A program made the translations under genes and the position numbers. A DNA stretch of 64,000 nucleotides, taken from the NCBI GenBank assembly GCA_012523855.1, contig JAAYTB010000019.1, positions 2,105 through 66,104 of the forward strand, in the 5' to 3' direction. Source of the DNA: Clostridia bacterium. GTDB lineage: Bacteria; Bacillota; Clostridia; Clostridiales; Clostridiaceae. The notes beneath the pieces were generated by a model. It was not told the origin of the DNA. It was given only the letters and a program-made list of their open reading frames with translations, and did no database searches. Positions 50,158 through 60,734 of this stretch are shown piece after piece (the first letter of the stretch is position 1; each line of letters starts with the position of its first letter).

Positions 50158-51012
50158 CTAACTATTCTCATCACGATATTTTATAAATTCATCTATGGTT
50201 ATATTTCCATAAGTTTTTAATCCTTGAACTATTTCTTCTTCATATATTACATCCATAACCTTCATCTCTTCATCCAACACCGTAAAAATATTATATTTAT
50301 TTTTATCCATGATGCTGAGAACATTTATTAATTCACCTTTGTAGTATACAGATATGTTTTTATTCTCCATATACTTGCTATTAATAAACCTGTTCTTCTT
50401 CCTAATGATGTCACTCATAATTATATATACTATCCTTTCCCGCTCCTTATAGGAAGAGATTATTACAAATAGTCCGATTATAGCAAAGTTATAATCAGGA
50501 GTTTTAAGGGCTAGTGAAATGAGGAATCCACCTAAAATACAGTAGCCTAACACCATGCTCACCTTAACTGTTATTTCATTTGCCCGCCGATAGATTATTT
50601 TCATGCTTAAGCAATCTCTTAAAACCCTTCCACCATCTAAGGGAAAAGCAGGAATAAGATTAAAAATTCCTAAAGATAGATTACTTTTTATTAAAAAGCT
50701 TATAGTATCACTGGGATAAATAGTGCTTATATAGTAGCAAACAACAGCTAATAAAAGATTAAATAAGGGGCCAGACAAAGAAATAATCAAATCCTCAAAA
50801 GGAGTAGCCTCGTCCAAATCTTTAAGTCTCAACACTGCTCCTATTGGAAGTATTTTTATGTCAAAACCAGAAAAACCAAAGGCAACAGCAGTTAAGTAGT
50901 GTACAATCTCATGGAGAAAAACAAGTATAAAAGAAACCAGTAGCTCTCCTCTAAAGCCTATGACTATTAACAAGAATATATATGGAATAAAAAACTTATT
51001 TAATTTTATCAT
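50158..51012 (-). CDS. spoIVFB: SpoIVFB-like M50 intramembrane metalloprotease
   Basis: LHEIVH, LSGPLFN, NLIPAFPLDGGR; start ATG 51012. Confidence 0.9.
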   Translation of the reverse strand: MIKLNKFFIPYIFLLIVIGFRGELLVSFILVFLHEIVHYLTAVAFGFSGFDIKILPIGAVLRLKDLDEATPFEDLIISLSGPLFNLLLAVVCYYISTIYPSDTISFLIKSNLSLGIFNLIPAFPLDGGRVLRDCLSMKIIYRRANEITVKVSMVLGYCILGGFLISLALKTPDYNFAIIGLFVIISSYKERERIVYIIMSDIIRKKNRFINSKYMENKNISVYYKGELINVLSIMDKNKYNIFTVLDEEMKVMDVIYEEEIVQGLKTYGNITIDEFIKYRDENS

Positions 51013-51028
51013 TTTGTCTCCTAAAATA

Positions 51029-51847
51029 TTACTTTGGTTCACTTGAAAATTTTAGGTAGTCTTGAGGATCCTTGTTATCTGCCATATATATTAACTCAAA
51101 ATGCAAGTGTGGAATTTTTGAATGGTCATCATCACCACTTGTAGCTATAATCTCTCCAGATTTTACTGACTTTCCTACTTCTACTTTCATCTCCTTTAAA
51201 TTTCCATACTTTGTTTCAACACCTAATCCATGATATATAATTATATACTTCCCATGGTCCTTGTCTTCACCTACATACTTTACTGTACCATCAGAGCAAC
51301 TTTTAATTTCTGTATCTACCGGCAGCTCTATATCTATACCATAGTGAAAAGTTTTCTTCTTTGTAACGTTGTCCACAGTTTCCCCGTAAGGACGAATAAT
51401 TTTACCCTTAGCAGGCTCTACAAAGGACTTTCCTATAGTATCTTTAATTGTAGACTCACCGGTAATATCTGATTTAATTGTATCTATGTAATTATCTATA
51501 ACAGTCCTTACCTTCTCCATATTTAAACTTGTAACACTTGTGTATATATCATTGTAATCATAGTTATAATCAACAACAAGCTTGCAATACCTATAAAAAT
51601 TTGTAGTCCAGGGCAATTTAATTAATTTACAACTTAATACAATTATTAATAAGCAGAAAACTCCCACTAACTCCCGTAATAATCGTTTTAAAATTTTACT
51701 ATTGCTATTATACGACGACTTGCCTTTATCAAAGGAATTGGTTCTTCTACTGTAGGAATAATTTTTATTTAATAGATAATTTTTGTTTATAAGAGTTCTA
51801 TAGTAGGATTGATATTGTGACCTATAACTTCCCATCTTGTCCTCCAT
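51029..51847 (-). CDS. M23/LytM-family peptidase at the spoIVFA position
   Basis: One TM, HYGID, H..GVETKYGNL, PHLHFE; directly upstream of spoIVFB; start may be ATG 51835. Confidence 0.88.
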   Translation of the reverse strand: MEDKMGSYRSQYQSYYRTLINKNYLLNKNYSYSRRTNSFDKGKSSYNSNSKILKRLLRELVGVFCLLIIVLSCKLIKLPWTTNFYRYCKLVVDYNYDYNDIYTSVTSLNMEKVRTVIDNYIDTIKSDITGESTIKDTIGKSFVEPAKGKIIRPYGETVDNVTKKKTFHYGIDIELPVDTEIKSCSDGTVKYVGEDKDHGKYIIIYHGLGVETKYGNLKEMKVEVGKSVKSGEIIATSGDDDHSKIPHLHFELIYMADNKDPQDYLKFSSEPK

Positions 51848-51923
51848 AACACGGGATTAATCCCTTAGTATTACAATTATATATATTACTTTTACATAAT
51901 ATTTATGCTAGATCTTTGGCAGA

Positions 51924-51950
51924 AAAAAAATCGACTTACGTCGATTTTTT
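51924..51950 (-). terminator. Terminator after rodA-mgsA
   Basis: A7-TCGAC-TTAC-GTCGA-T6. Confidence 0.8.
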
Positions 51951-51965
51951 GCTTGTTTTCTAATA

Positions 51966-52346
51966 TTATTTCACTTCTTCCCTTAACCTTAGTGCTTGAA
52001 TAAATATTTCTGCAGAGCCTACATTAGTTGCTAAAGGTATGCAATGGACATCGCATAATCTAAGCAGGGCTGTAACATCAGGCTCATGAGGTTGGGCTGT
52101 AAGAGGGTCTCGTAAAAATATAATCATATCTACTTCCCCTTCTGCTAATTTAGCACCTATCTGCTGATCTCCACCTAAAGGTCCAGATAAAAACCTGTGT
52201 ACTTTTAAACCTATTATCTCAGAAATCAATCTACCTGTAGTGCCAGTAGCAAAGAGTTCATGTTGCTCAAAAATAGCTCGGTACCTTTTCACAAACTCTA
52301 TCATATCATCCTTTTTTTTATCATGTGCTATTAATGCTATCTTCAT
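51966..52346 (-). CDS. mgsA: Methylglyoxal synthase
   Basis: [38 protein letters not shown]. Confidence 0.98.
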   Translation of the reverse strand: MKIALIAHDKKKDDMIEFVKRYRAIFEQHELFATGTTGRLISEIIGLKVHRFLSGPLGGDQQIGAKLAEGEVDMIIFLRDPLTAQPHEPDVTALLRLCDVHCIPLATNVGSAEIFIQALRLREEVK

Positions 52347-52364
52347 ATGTTTCCTCCTATATTT

Positions 52365-53492
52365 TTAAAAATTTATTTTTTTCTTTCGCATACCAACATT
52401 TAATACTAGACCTAAGGCAATGAAATTTGTTAATAAAGAACTTCCTCCATAGCTCATAAAGGGAAGAGTAATACCGGTTATAGGTAATATTCCTATAGTC
52501 ATTCCGATATTTTGTATTATGGAAAAGAGAAATGAAGAAAAAACACCTACACATATTACATTTCCAAATATATCTTTACTTCTTCTTGCAATCTTTATGA
52601 TTTTGTAAAGGAGTATAAAAAATAAGATTAATAGAGCTATGCCTCCAATGAAGCCCCACTTTTCTCCTACCATAGAAAATATAAAATCTGTATGAGCTTC
52701 TGGTACAAACTGAGATACGAAGCCTGATACTGCTCTATCCCCAAGTTTCGCTCCATTTCCAGTTACTCCGCCTGAACCAATACCTATTTGTGACTGTATA
52801 AGCTGAAGTCCAGAGCCTAGCTCATCAGATTCAGGATTTAAAAATATAGTTAACCTCTTTTTCCAATAAAAAGGCATAATGCCAGAGTTCCAGATACCTA
52901 CTATCAAGACTACTAATGCAATTAAGCCACCCATAATCACCTTTAAATTTAGTCCTGATACAAAGAATATTCCCAAAACTATAAAAAAGCACACCATGGT
53001 CATTCCCATATCCGGTTGGATAACTATAAGTATTGCTGGAATTAGAGCATAAAAGGTCAATATTAGGAAGTTCTTTAGATTGTTAATATCCCCTTCCATG
53101 TCTTCTAATTTTTTGGCCAGCATAATTATCATTCCAAGCTTTGCAAACTCAGAAGGCTGGATAGCTCTATTACCAATACTAATCCAAGAAGATGCACCAT
53201 TTATAGCGCTACTAGTAAGGTCATTGTATAGAAGGAATATTACACTAGCCCAATAAAGCAGGGCGGCGTAATTTGAAAGTATAGTATAATCTACAATAAC
53301 TACTACATACATTACTATTAAACCAACTAACAACCATAATAGCTGGAGTTTTACATAATAATAACCCAAGCTGGCACCAGTGGCACTATATATATTTGCA
53401 CATCCAAAAGTCACTATTAAAATAGCTACAAATACAATTCCAAAATCAAAATGTCTAATAAGCTTTCTATTTAAACTAAATTTATCAAGCAT
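52365..53492 (-). CDS. rodA: Rod shape-determining SEDS protein RodA
   Basis: IQPSEFAK, QPDMG, IGSGG, PEAHTDFIF, GITLPFMSYGGSS. Confidence 0.93.
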   Translation of the reverse strand: MLDKFSLNRKLIRHFDFGIVFVAILIVTFGCANIYSATGASLGYYYVKLQLLWLLVGLIVMYVVVIVDYTILSNYAALLYWASVIFLLYNDLTSSAINGASSWISIGNRAIQPSEFAKLGMIIMLAKKLEDMEGDINNLKNFLILTFYALIPAILIVIQPDMGMTMVCFFIVLGIFFVSGLNLKVIMGGLIALVVLIVGIWNSGIMPFYWKKRLTIFLNPESDELGSGLQLIQSQIGIGSGGVTGNGAKLGDRAVSGFVSQFVPEAHTDFIFSMVGEKWGFIGGIALLILFFILLYKIIKIARRSKDIFGNVICVGVFSSFLFSIIQNIGMTIGILPITGITLPFMSYGGSSLLTNFIALGLVLNVGMRKKKINF

Positions 53493-53569
53493 CTCTCACC
53501 CTCCAATATCATAAATTATATCAATTTATATAAAAAAAAGCTATGTATAATATTATAATTTAAAACAGA

Positions 53570-53593
53570 AAAAGTGCGGATTTCCGCACCTTT
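53570..53593 (-). terminator. Terminator after minE
   Basis: AAAAGTGCGGA-TT-TCCGCACCTTT, with TTTT following on the minus strand. Confidence 0.7.
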
Positions 53594-53608
53594 CCTTTGA
53601 GGTTCTAT

Positions 53609-53875
53609 TTATCTATCCTTAGCTTTTCTTATAGGAATATTGGCTACCAAAGCTGGTAAGTTCCCTTCTTCCACATCAGTTTTAGTTAAAGCAATTTCAA
53701 CCTCTGAATTATCTATCTCTACATACTTTGAAATTACCTCTAATATTTCTCTTCTAATTGATTCTAGGACTTCAGGTGAAAGAGATGATCTATCGTTGAT
53801 CAATATCAATCTTAGCCTATCCTTTGCCACATCTTTAGGTGACTTGTTACCCCCAAAAAATTTCAGAAAATTCAT
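53609..53875 (-). CDS. minE: Cell division topological specificity factor MinE
   Basis: AKDRLRLILINDR, EILEVISKYV, ALVANIPI. Confidence 0.97.
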   Translation of the reverse strand: MNFLKFFGGNKSPKDVAKDRLRLILINDRSSLSPEVLESIRREILEVISKYVEIDNSEVEIALTKTDVEEGNLPALVANIPIRKAKDR

Positions 53876-53879
53876 ACCC

Positions 53880-54680
53880 CTAACCTCCTATTTTAAAGAG
53901 CTTCTTAAAAGCATTTAGTATTCCGCCACCTTCGCCTTCTAAATTCAAAAGAGGTACTTCTTCTCCTGTGATTCGTTTAGCTATGTTTTTGAAGGCCTGA
54001 CCAGCAAGTGCTTTATCATCTAAAACAATAGGTTCCCCCTTATTTGTAGAAACTGTTATACTCCTGTCATCTGGAACCACTCCTAATAGCTTAATTGATA
54101 ATATATCATTTATGTCATCGATATTAAGCATATCACCTTTCTTTGCCATATTTACGTTCAATCTATTAATTAAGAGTTGATGGTCTTCTATACCTTTTGA
54201 ATCTAACTTTCCTATAACCCTATCAGCATCTCTTACAGAGGTTACTTCTGGGTTAACTACTACAATAGCTCTATCAGCACCAATTACTGCATTTTCAAAT
54301 CCCTGTTCGATACCTGCTGGACAATCGATTATTACATAATCAAATTCTTCCTTTAGACCTGTAACTAGCTTGAACATATCATCTGCCTTTATGTCTGTTT
54401 TATCCCTAGTTTGAGCTGTAGGAAGCATAAAGAGGTTGCTAAATCTTTTATCCTTAATCATAGCCTGCTTAAGTCTACATCTATTTTCAATTACATCAAT
54501 TAGAGTGTAAACTATCCTATTTTCTAGACCCATTAATACATCTAAATTTCTAAGACCAGTATCACCATCAATAACTACTACACTCTTACCCATGGCAGCT
54601 AAAGCTGTTCCTATATTAGCTGTAGTAGTTGTCTTACCCACTCCACCCTTACCTGATGTTATTACTATTGCTTCTCCCAT
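53880..54680 (-). CDS. minD: Septum site-determining ATPase MinD
   Basis: SGKGGVGKTT, DTGLRNLD, DCPAGIE, PEVTSVRDADR. Confidence 0.99.
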   Translation of the reverse strand: MGEAIVITSGKGGVGKTTTTANIGTALAAMGKSVVVIDGDTGLRNLDVLMGLENRIVYTLIDVIENRCRLKQAMIKDKRFSNLFMLPTAQTRDKTDIKADDMFKLVTGLKEEFDYVIIDCPAGIEQGFENAVIGADRAIVVVNPEVTSVRDADRVIGKLDSKGIEDHQLLINRLNVNMAKKGDMLNIDDINDILSIKLLGVVPDDRSITVSTNKGEPIVLDDKALAGQAFKNIAKRITGEEVPLLNLEGEGGGILNAFKKLFKIGG

Positions 54681-54695
54681 TTTGCTACCTCCGTG

Positions 54696-55325
54696 CTATA
54701 AAAATTTATTTGGTAAATAAGGTTCTACTATGATTGAACCATCCTTAACCTTAGCCACTTCCGGAAATTGAGGCCTGTCATTATCTTCTGGAGCTCTTGT
54801 CACCAAGCTCCCAATCTGCAGTATTTCTGGTTGAAGTGAAAAAGCTGCTACAAAAGCCCTGCTATCTCCACCCATACCTGCTCTTACAAAACCCTTTAAA
54901 TTACCTAGCACAATTACATTTCCTGCAGCTTGTATTTCTGATCCAGGATTTACATCTCCTACTATAACTAAGTTACCAGAATATTCAATCCTTTGCCCAC
55001 TTCTAATGGTTTTTCTTACAAACTTAGTTCTTCCTTCATAAACTCCTGTAAAGCTTCTAGGCTTTCTTTCTTCATATTCTTCAAAAATACATTCCTTAAT
55101 AGCAAAATCCTTTAGAAGAACGTCCCTAAGCCTTACAGCGTCTCGATCTGTAATTCTTTTTAATTCTGTTATAATTTTCAAGGTTGAACCCTTGTAAAAC
55201 CTCCTGCCTCTGGAAAGCTTTTCTATGAGTGCCTCCAGCATATCTTCAAAGTTGTTAAATTTATTCATATTTATTACAGTAACCAAGCCTTCTCGATTAC
55301 CTTTTATTAATATCCTGTCATCCAT
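54696..55325 (-). CDS. minC: Septum site-determining protein MinC
   Basis: [22 protein letters not shown]...G; start moved to ATG 55325. Confidence 0.96.
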   Translation of the reverse strand: MDDRILIKGNREGLVTVINMNKFNNFEDMLEALIEKLSRGRRFYKGSTLKIITELKRITDRDAVRLRDVLLKDFAIKECIFEEYEERKPRSFTGVYEGRTKFVRKTIRSGQRIEYSGNLVIVGDVNPGSEIQAAGNVIVLGNLKGFVRAGMGGDSRAFVAAFSLQPEILQIGSLVTRAPEDNDRPQFPEVAKVKDGSIIVEPYLPNKFL

Positions 55326-55367
55326 AGAAAAAACCTCCAAATGAACAATAAGCACAACAATTTTATA

Positions 55368-55395
55368 TTTCAATAAAGATTGATTAAATTCCTTC
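55368..55395 (-). promoter_or_regulatory. Candidate SigH promoter of minCDE
   Basis: GAAGGAATTT-N11-ATTGAAA; similar to the dnaG upstream element; B. subtilis minCD has a SigH promoter. Confidence 0.4.
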
Positions 55396-55444
55396 TTTAA
55401 TTTAAAGAATTTTATATATCTACTAAAATTCTAACAAAAATTTC

Positions 55445-55474
55445 GAGGAAATTCAACGTATTATGAATTTCCTC
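55445..55474 (-). terminator. Hairpin after pbp2
   Basis: GAGGAAATTCA-N8-TGAATTTCCTC. Confidence 0.65.
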
Positions 55475-55496
55475 TACATTATATTCAATATTATAT

Positions 55497-58340
55497 TTAT
55501 GGATTTAAAGTATAATCAAATTTAGGTTTATAACCTGGGATGTTTTTTAGCTCTTCCCTAAAATAAGTTTCATAAATGGCCCTGGCAACATCCGATACAT
55601 AGCCACCGTGGCCAGCATCAAAAATTACTATACAAACAGCAATTTCTGGCTTATCATATGGTGCAAATCCTATATAAATCCCATAGGATGTTCTACCTGC
55701 TGACTCCTGAACACCATTTTCCTTAAAGGTAGCAGATCCAGTTTTACCAGCAGTCTTAATTGGGAAGTTTGCAAAAGACCTGGATGCTGTACCAAATTCA
55801 TCTGTAACCATGCTCATACCTTCTTTTATGGCTTCCAAATTTTCAGGTTTCAATTCTATTTGGTCCATAACTTGAGGTTTAGTTTCATAAACAACCTTCC
55901 CTGAGGCATCTATGAACTTATCTACCAAATGAACGTTATATCTAGTTCCTCCATTGGCCAAAGTTGCCATAAAGTTTGCCAACTGAACCGGTGTAAAATT
56001 GTTAGTTCCTTGACCTATAGAGGCGTTAAGAATATTTCCTGGTGTTGTTATTTGAGTAATAATATCAAAGGTAACAAAGGTAGAAATAGCCTCTGCCATA
56101 TTTTCCGCATCATTTTCCTTATAATTTCCTCTTGTTTCTTTTGGTTGTGCATTTATTAAATCCTGAAATATAGGAACTAGATCTCTTTTCAACTTCTGAT
56201 ATACGGAGTAGGAGTTATCAAAATTGTAATCTCCCATAATATACTCTTTAACTTTGTCCTTTACTGCAGCTTTTGCCTTAGCCAATTCATCGCTATCTTC
56301 GTTATTTGTATTGATATCTATTGGAGTAAAGCTAATGGTCACTCCACTTCCTGCATAGTATACACCGGCGCTAAGCTTTTCTGCTACATTAAATCTTGAA
56401 TAAAATCCATATTGCTCCTTGTTATATGTGTTATTATATGTTTGGCCAAAGGATTCAGCTATTTCTAGTCCAGTACTTGCCTTTGCCTTTGAATTAGGAT
56501 CTGTCCCTAAACCAAACTTCCAGGCATACTTTGCAATAGCATCTAAGCCATTTTTCTTATATAACCTGTATCCAACATCATAATAATAGTAGTTACAAGA
56601 TTTTTGCAAAGCCTTTCTTACATCTACATTTCCATGGGAACCGTGACATGCCCAAACACCATTGGCACCTAATATATAGTGAACCTTATCATAAATTATC
56701 TCATCTGGAGTAACTACTCCTTCTTCCAAGGCTGCTACAGAAGTCATAGGCTTAAAAGTTGATCCTGGTGGCACAAGGGAAGTAGTAGCATAATTATAAA
56801 AAGGTTTTGGATAGACATCAAATTCATCTCTTCTTATAACTACGTCACCATCAGAAGATTCTATAGGAAACAAGTCATCTATAGTTGTGCCGAACTTTTC
56901 TAGCTGCATTCTTTTAATATATTCTTCTCCAAAGGCCTCTAAGTTGGGTTGGAAAAATTGCCTACTCATCTCAGCAGTTAGCTTTCCTGGTATTGAGAAC
57001 AAGTTAGGGTCATAGCCTGGCAAGCTTGCCATAGCCAGCACCCCGCCAGTGTTTGCATCTAGCACTACTGCAGCACCTCTAGTTGCATTACCAGTATCCA
57101 TTATTCCTCCAGCTTCTGGATGGAATCGCTCCGTAGTTTGTAATGCATTCATTCTTTCCTGCAAAGCTCTCTCTGTAACTGCCTGCAGTTTGCTGTCAAC
57201 AGTTAAGACCATATCTTGACCTGGATAGGGTTCTAACTTAAATAGTTCTTCTGTCTTTCGACCTTCCTTATCAACCCTTATAGTTGTTCCACCCTTAGAT
57301 CCTTTAAGCCTATCTTCAAAAGTACTTTCTAAGCCTGCAGTTCCAATATAGTCGGTGCTTATATCGTAACCTCTTTCTTCATATCTATCTGCATTTGTCG
57401 GATTGATCTTTGAAATATATCCTAAAAAGTTTGAACCTAGAGAGCCATTAGGATAGTACCTTATAGGCTGCAAGGAAACATCAATACCTGGCAAAGTGTT
57501 TTTAACTTGCTCAAAAAGAAATGCTGTCTTTTTGCTCATATTGGCGGATATAATAACAGGTTTGTAACCGCTAAAACTTTGAAGATAAATTGCATCCTTA
57601 ACTACCATATAATTTCTTACTTCATTAACATCAATTTTATCCAAGACCATTTTAGCAATGTCTTTGTCATCGATTTCCCCATCCTTTTTTCTTTGGAATA
57701 AGGCCTTTTCCTCTTCTGAACTTAAATTAAGAAGCTTATATATATCATACTTAACAATTAGATAGTAAAATACTTCTTCTGGACTTATCTTCATTACTTC
57801 CTTGTTTATCTTTTCCTTCTGTTCTTCCGTAAGTTCGTTAGAAGGGGTGTTACTATACAATTTCATTCTAACAAGGTCATTTATCCCTCGCTCGTTCTTA
57901 AAGAACAATTCCAAAGCTCTCTTTGTAGCTGGATCATCTGTATTAAATTCAAATCTAAAAGGATTAACCTGAAGCTGAAGCTCATCCAATAATTTATCTT
58001 GATTATCATCATTTTCAGTCTTTTCCTTTGAAGCTTCATCTAAAAGTCTAAAAACCTCCTTAAAGGTTTCAAAAAACTTTTGCTTTCCTTCATCATTTTC
58101 CATATACACTAAATTGTAGCTTTGTATGTTTGTAGCTAAAACCTCTCCATTTTTGTCCAATATTTTCCCTCTAGGCGCTGATTCGGGCACTTGCCTAATA
58201 GAATTAGTATTTGCCCTATCCATATAATCATCAGCTTTCACTACTTGTATATAGAAAAGCCTTATGCCTATTAAAGAAAAAATCATTATCATAATAAGAA
58301 TTAATGACACATAACGATTTAAACTTTTTTTTATCTTCAT
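55497..58340 (-). CDS. mrdA: Class B penicillin-binding protein (PBP2/MrdA-like), 947 aa
   Basis: TM, APRGKILD, PIRYYP, GSTFK (SxxK), SCN, KTG; between mreD and minC. Confidence 0.9.
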   Translation of the reverse strand: MKIKKSLNRYVSLILIMIMIFSLIGIRLFYIQVVKADDYMDRANTNSIRQVPESAPRGKILDKNGEVLATNIQSYNLVYMENDEGKQKFFETFKEVFRLLDEASKEKTENDDNQDKLLDELQLQVNPFRFEFNTDDPATKRALELFFKNERGINDLVRMKLYSNTPSNELTEEQKEKINKEVMKISPEEVFYYLIVKYDIYKLLNLSSEEEKALFQRKKDGEIDDKDIAKMVLDKIDVNEVRNYMVVKDAIYLQSFSGYKPVIISANMSKKTAFLFEQVKNTLPGIDVSLQPIRYYPNGSLGSNFLGYISKINPTNADRYEERGYDISTDYIGTAGLESTFEDRLKGSKGGTTIRVDKEGRKTEELFKLEPYPGQDMVLTVDSKLQAVTERALQERMNALQTTERFHPEAGGIMDTGNATRGAAVVLDANTGGVLAMASLPGYDPNLFSIPGKLTAEMSRQFFQPNLEAFGEEYIKRMQLEKFGTTIDDLFPIESSDGDVVIRRDEFDVYPKPFYNYATTSLVPPGSTFKPMTSVAALEEGVVTPDEIIYDKVHYILGANGVWACHGSHGNVDVRKALQKSCNYYYYDVGYRLYKKNGLDAIAKYAWKFGLGTDPNSKAKASTGLEIAESFGQTYNNTYNKEQYGFYSRFNVAEKLSAGVYYAGSGVTISFTPIDINTNNEDSDELAKAKAAVKDKVKEYIMGDYNFDNSYSVYQKLKRDLVPIFQDLINAQPKETRGNYKENDAENMAEAISTFVTFDIITQITTPGNILNASIGQGTNNFTPVQLANFMATLANGGTRYNVHLVDKFIDASGKVVYETKPQVMDQIELKPENLEAIKEGMSMVTDEFGTASRSFANFPIKTAGKTGSATFKENGVQESAGRTSYGIYIGFAPYDKPEIAVCIVIFDAGHGGYVSDVARAIYETYFREELKNIPGYKPKFDYTLNP

Positions 58341-58352
58341 GGAGTATCCTCC

Positions 58353-58841
58353 TTAAAACTTCCACTGTTTTTTCATAAATGGTTTTTGTAACAATCTGTA
58401 GACAGACTTATATAAAAATATACCTAAAGCCATTGTGTATAAGGAAGTAAACGCGACTGAATATATATCTGTTTTCATTCCAATAATGTACAAGAGTCCA
58501 AAAACCAAAACTCCCTTCAGTGCAGAAAGGCCAAAAAGGGAGAAAACTGGAATCACTAGCTTTTCTTTAAATATATTTTCTCCTATTAACACTGCCAAAA
58601 GGCAAAGAAGCATATTTGTCAAAGAATTTATGCCGAATACTTGGCAAAAGTATAAGTCTTGAAGTATGCCTGAAATAACACCAATTTCTATAGCATCCCA
58701 GTAATCAGTGTTTATAGAAAAGAAAATTATAAAAATAAATAGTGAACTAGGATAATAATCTTTTACTGCAAAAAAAGGGAGAAGTGTATTATCTATTATT
58801 AATAGAAATACACATATTAAGATCATTATTAATCTTCTCAT
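58353..58841 (-). CDS. mreD: Rod shape-determining protein MreD
   Basis: Small multi-TM protein with GILQDL..FG; follows mreC with a 4-nt overlap. Confidence 0.92.
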   Translation of the reverse strand: MRRLIMILICVFLLIIDNTLLPFFAVKDYYPSSLFIFIIFFSINTDYWDAIEIGVISGILQDLYFCQVFGINSLTNMLLCLLAVLIGENIFKEKLVIPVFSLFGLSALKGVLVFGLLYIIGMKTDIYSVAFTSLYTMALGIFLYKSVYRLLQKPFMKKQWKF

Positions 58842-59701
58842 GGTTTCAATTCCTCCCCTATATACTTATCCGTAGACCTATCTTTAGGAAGAATAACAAA
58901 AACCTCTTCAAGGCGATTTAGGTCAACATAGGGCTTTACTACTGCAGTTTTCATAACCCTAGCTCTATCTTCATTCACTTCTACAACCTCGCCGATTCTT
59001 ATTCCTTTTGGGTATATAAAACCGTCACCAGAGGTAACAACAACATCTCCCTTTTTAATTTCAGAGTCAATAGAAATAAAGTCAAGTTTAGTTAAAACAT
59101 TTTTATTGCCATCCTTATAACCTCTTAAGATACCTGTATCACCAGTATCTTGAATCATGGCTCCTACTCCTATATTCTCATTAGCAATATTCTGAACGAT
59201 TGACCAGTTATTATTTGCCACCGTAACTTGGCCAACTAGTCCTTCAGCAGTAGCCACAACCCTTCCTTTGATTACTCCATCCTTAGTGCCTTTATCTATA
59301 ACATAGCCATCTAACAAATTGTTACCACTAACGCTTATAATTTGGCACATAACATAATCATAATAATCATTTCTTTTAGTATAATCTAATATTTCTGCAA
59401 GTCTTTCATTTTCATTTTTTACGGTATCATACATTAAAGCCTGTTGTTCTAGCTCTGCATTCCTTTGTTTAAGTTCTTCATTTTCCCTTTTAATTTCCTT
59501 AAAGTTGAAAATGAAGCCAAAAAAACTATTTACATTATCATTGACACTATAAAAAAACCCTTGGATGGTATTTAATACAGACCCCGCTCCACCTTCTAAT
59601 ATAGTTTTATTTTCTCTTTTAGCACTGACTGCTATGAGTAATAAAAACGTAACTGACAGCACTATCACTGCCACTGCCAGTTTGTTTTTTAAAAACTTCA
59701 T
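58838..59701 (-). CDS. mreC: Rod shape-determining protein MreC
   Basis: TM, coiled coil, IDKGTKDG, GLVG.V, VVTSG.G.IYPKGIRIG. Confidence 0.96.
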   Translation of the reverse strand: MKFLKNKLAVAVIVLSVTFLLLIAVSAKRENKTILEGGAGSVLNTIQGFFYSVNDNVNSFFGFIFNFKEIKRENEELKQRNAELEQQALMYDTVKNENERLAEILDYTKRNDYYDYVMCQIISVSGNNLLDGYVIDKGTKDGVIKGRVVATAEGLVGQVTVANNNWSIVQNIANENIGVGAMIQDTGDTGILRGYKDGNKNVLTKLDFISIDSEIKKGDVVVTSGDGFIYPKGIRIGEVVEVNEDRARVMKTAVVKPYVDLNRLEEVFVILPKDRSTDKYIGEELKP

Positions 59702-59703
59702 TT

Positions 59704-60717
59704 TTAGCCTCTCTTCTTGCTTATTCTGTCAAAATACTCCAAAGCTTTTCCAGCACCTAAGGCTACACAATCTAATGGAGACTCAGCGATGTGTACGGGC
59801 ATGTGAGTTTCATAATTTATTAACTTATCAAGCCCTCTTAATAGTCCACCTCCACCAGCCAGCATAATACCCTTTTCCATGATATCCGCTGCTAATTCTG
59901 GCGGTGTTTTTTCCAAGGTAGTTTTAATAGCATCTATTATAGAGGCAATTGTTTCCTTTAGTGCACTTCTAATTTGAGATTCAGTAATAGTTATAGTCTT
60001 TGGAAGACCAGTAACTAAATCTCTTCCCTTTATTTCCATAGACCTTTCTTCTTCATCCATGTCGTAGGCAGAACCTAGTTCCACCTTCACACTTTCCGCT
60101 GTTCTTTCACCAATCATAAGGTTATATTCTTTTTTGATATAGTTTGTAATTGCGTGGTCAAAATCGTCTCCTGCTACTCTTAAAGACTTGCTTGTAACAA
60201 TACCTTCAAGTGAAATAATAGCAACTTCTGTAGTACCACCACCAATATCTACTATCATACTTCCTGTTGGCTCATCTACAGGAAGTCCTGCTCCTATAGC
60301 AGCAGCCATTGGCTCCTCCATTAGAACTACTTCCTTAGCCCCTGCCTGTTTTGCAGCCTCATCTATAGCTCTCTTTTCAACCTCAGTAACTCCTGAAGGA
60401 AAACATACAATTATTCTTGGACTAGCGAAAGAATTTCTACCTATTACCTTACTAATAAACTTCTTTAGCATCAGTTGAGTAACGTCAAAATCTGCAATAA
60501 CTCCATCTTTCATTGGTCTTATAGCAACGATATTTCCGGGAGTTCTTCCGATCATTTTTTTCGCTTCCTCCCCTACCGCTAAAACCTTTTTATTAATACT
60601 ATTTATAGCAACAACAGAAGGCTCCCTAAGTAAGATGCCCTTCCCTTTAACAAATACCAATGTATTTGCTGTACCTAAATCTATTCCCATGTCTCTAGAA
60701 ATTGAAAATAACCCCAT
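59704..60717 (-). CDS. mreB: Actin-like MreB
   Basis: [28 protein letters not shown]. Confidence 0.99.
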   Translation of the reverse strand: MGLFSISRDMGIDLGTANTLVFVKGKGILLREPSVVAINSINKKVLAVGEEAKKMIGRTPGNIVAIRPMKDGVIADFDVTQLMLKKFISKVIGRNSFASPRIIVCFPSGVTEVEKRAIDEAAKQAGAKEVVLMEEPMAAAIGAGLPVDEPTGSMIVDIGGGTTEVAIISLEGIVTSKSLRVAGDDFDHAITNYIKKEYNLMIGERTAESVKVELGSAYDMDEEERSMEIKGRDLVTGLPKTITITESQIRSALKETIASIIDAIKTTLEKTPPELAADIMEKGIMLAGGGGLLRGLDKLINYETHMPVHIAESPLDCVALGAGKALEYFDRISKKRG

Positions 60718-60734
60718 TCTTGTTCTCCTTTCAG

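Noticed and set aside
52357-52554. 65-aa minus-strand ORF overlapping the rodA 3' end
   Set aside because: Alternative frame within rodA with no RBS; rodA's own frame is complete.
1011-60478. Many 60-220 aa ORFs antisense to or nested in core genes (e.g. 1647-1895, 10027-10512, 23636-23926, 24332-24661, 44464-45123, 59565-59867, 60188-60478)
   Set aside because: Ser/Leu/Phe-rich translations typical of the reverse complement of real genes; fully overlapping, with no RBS or motifs.
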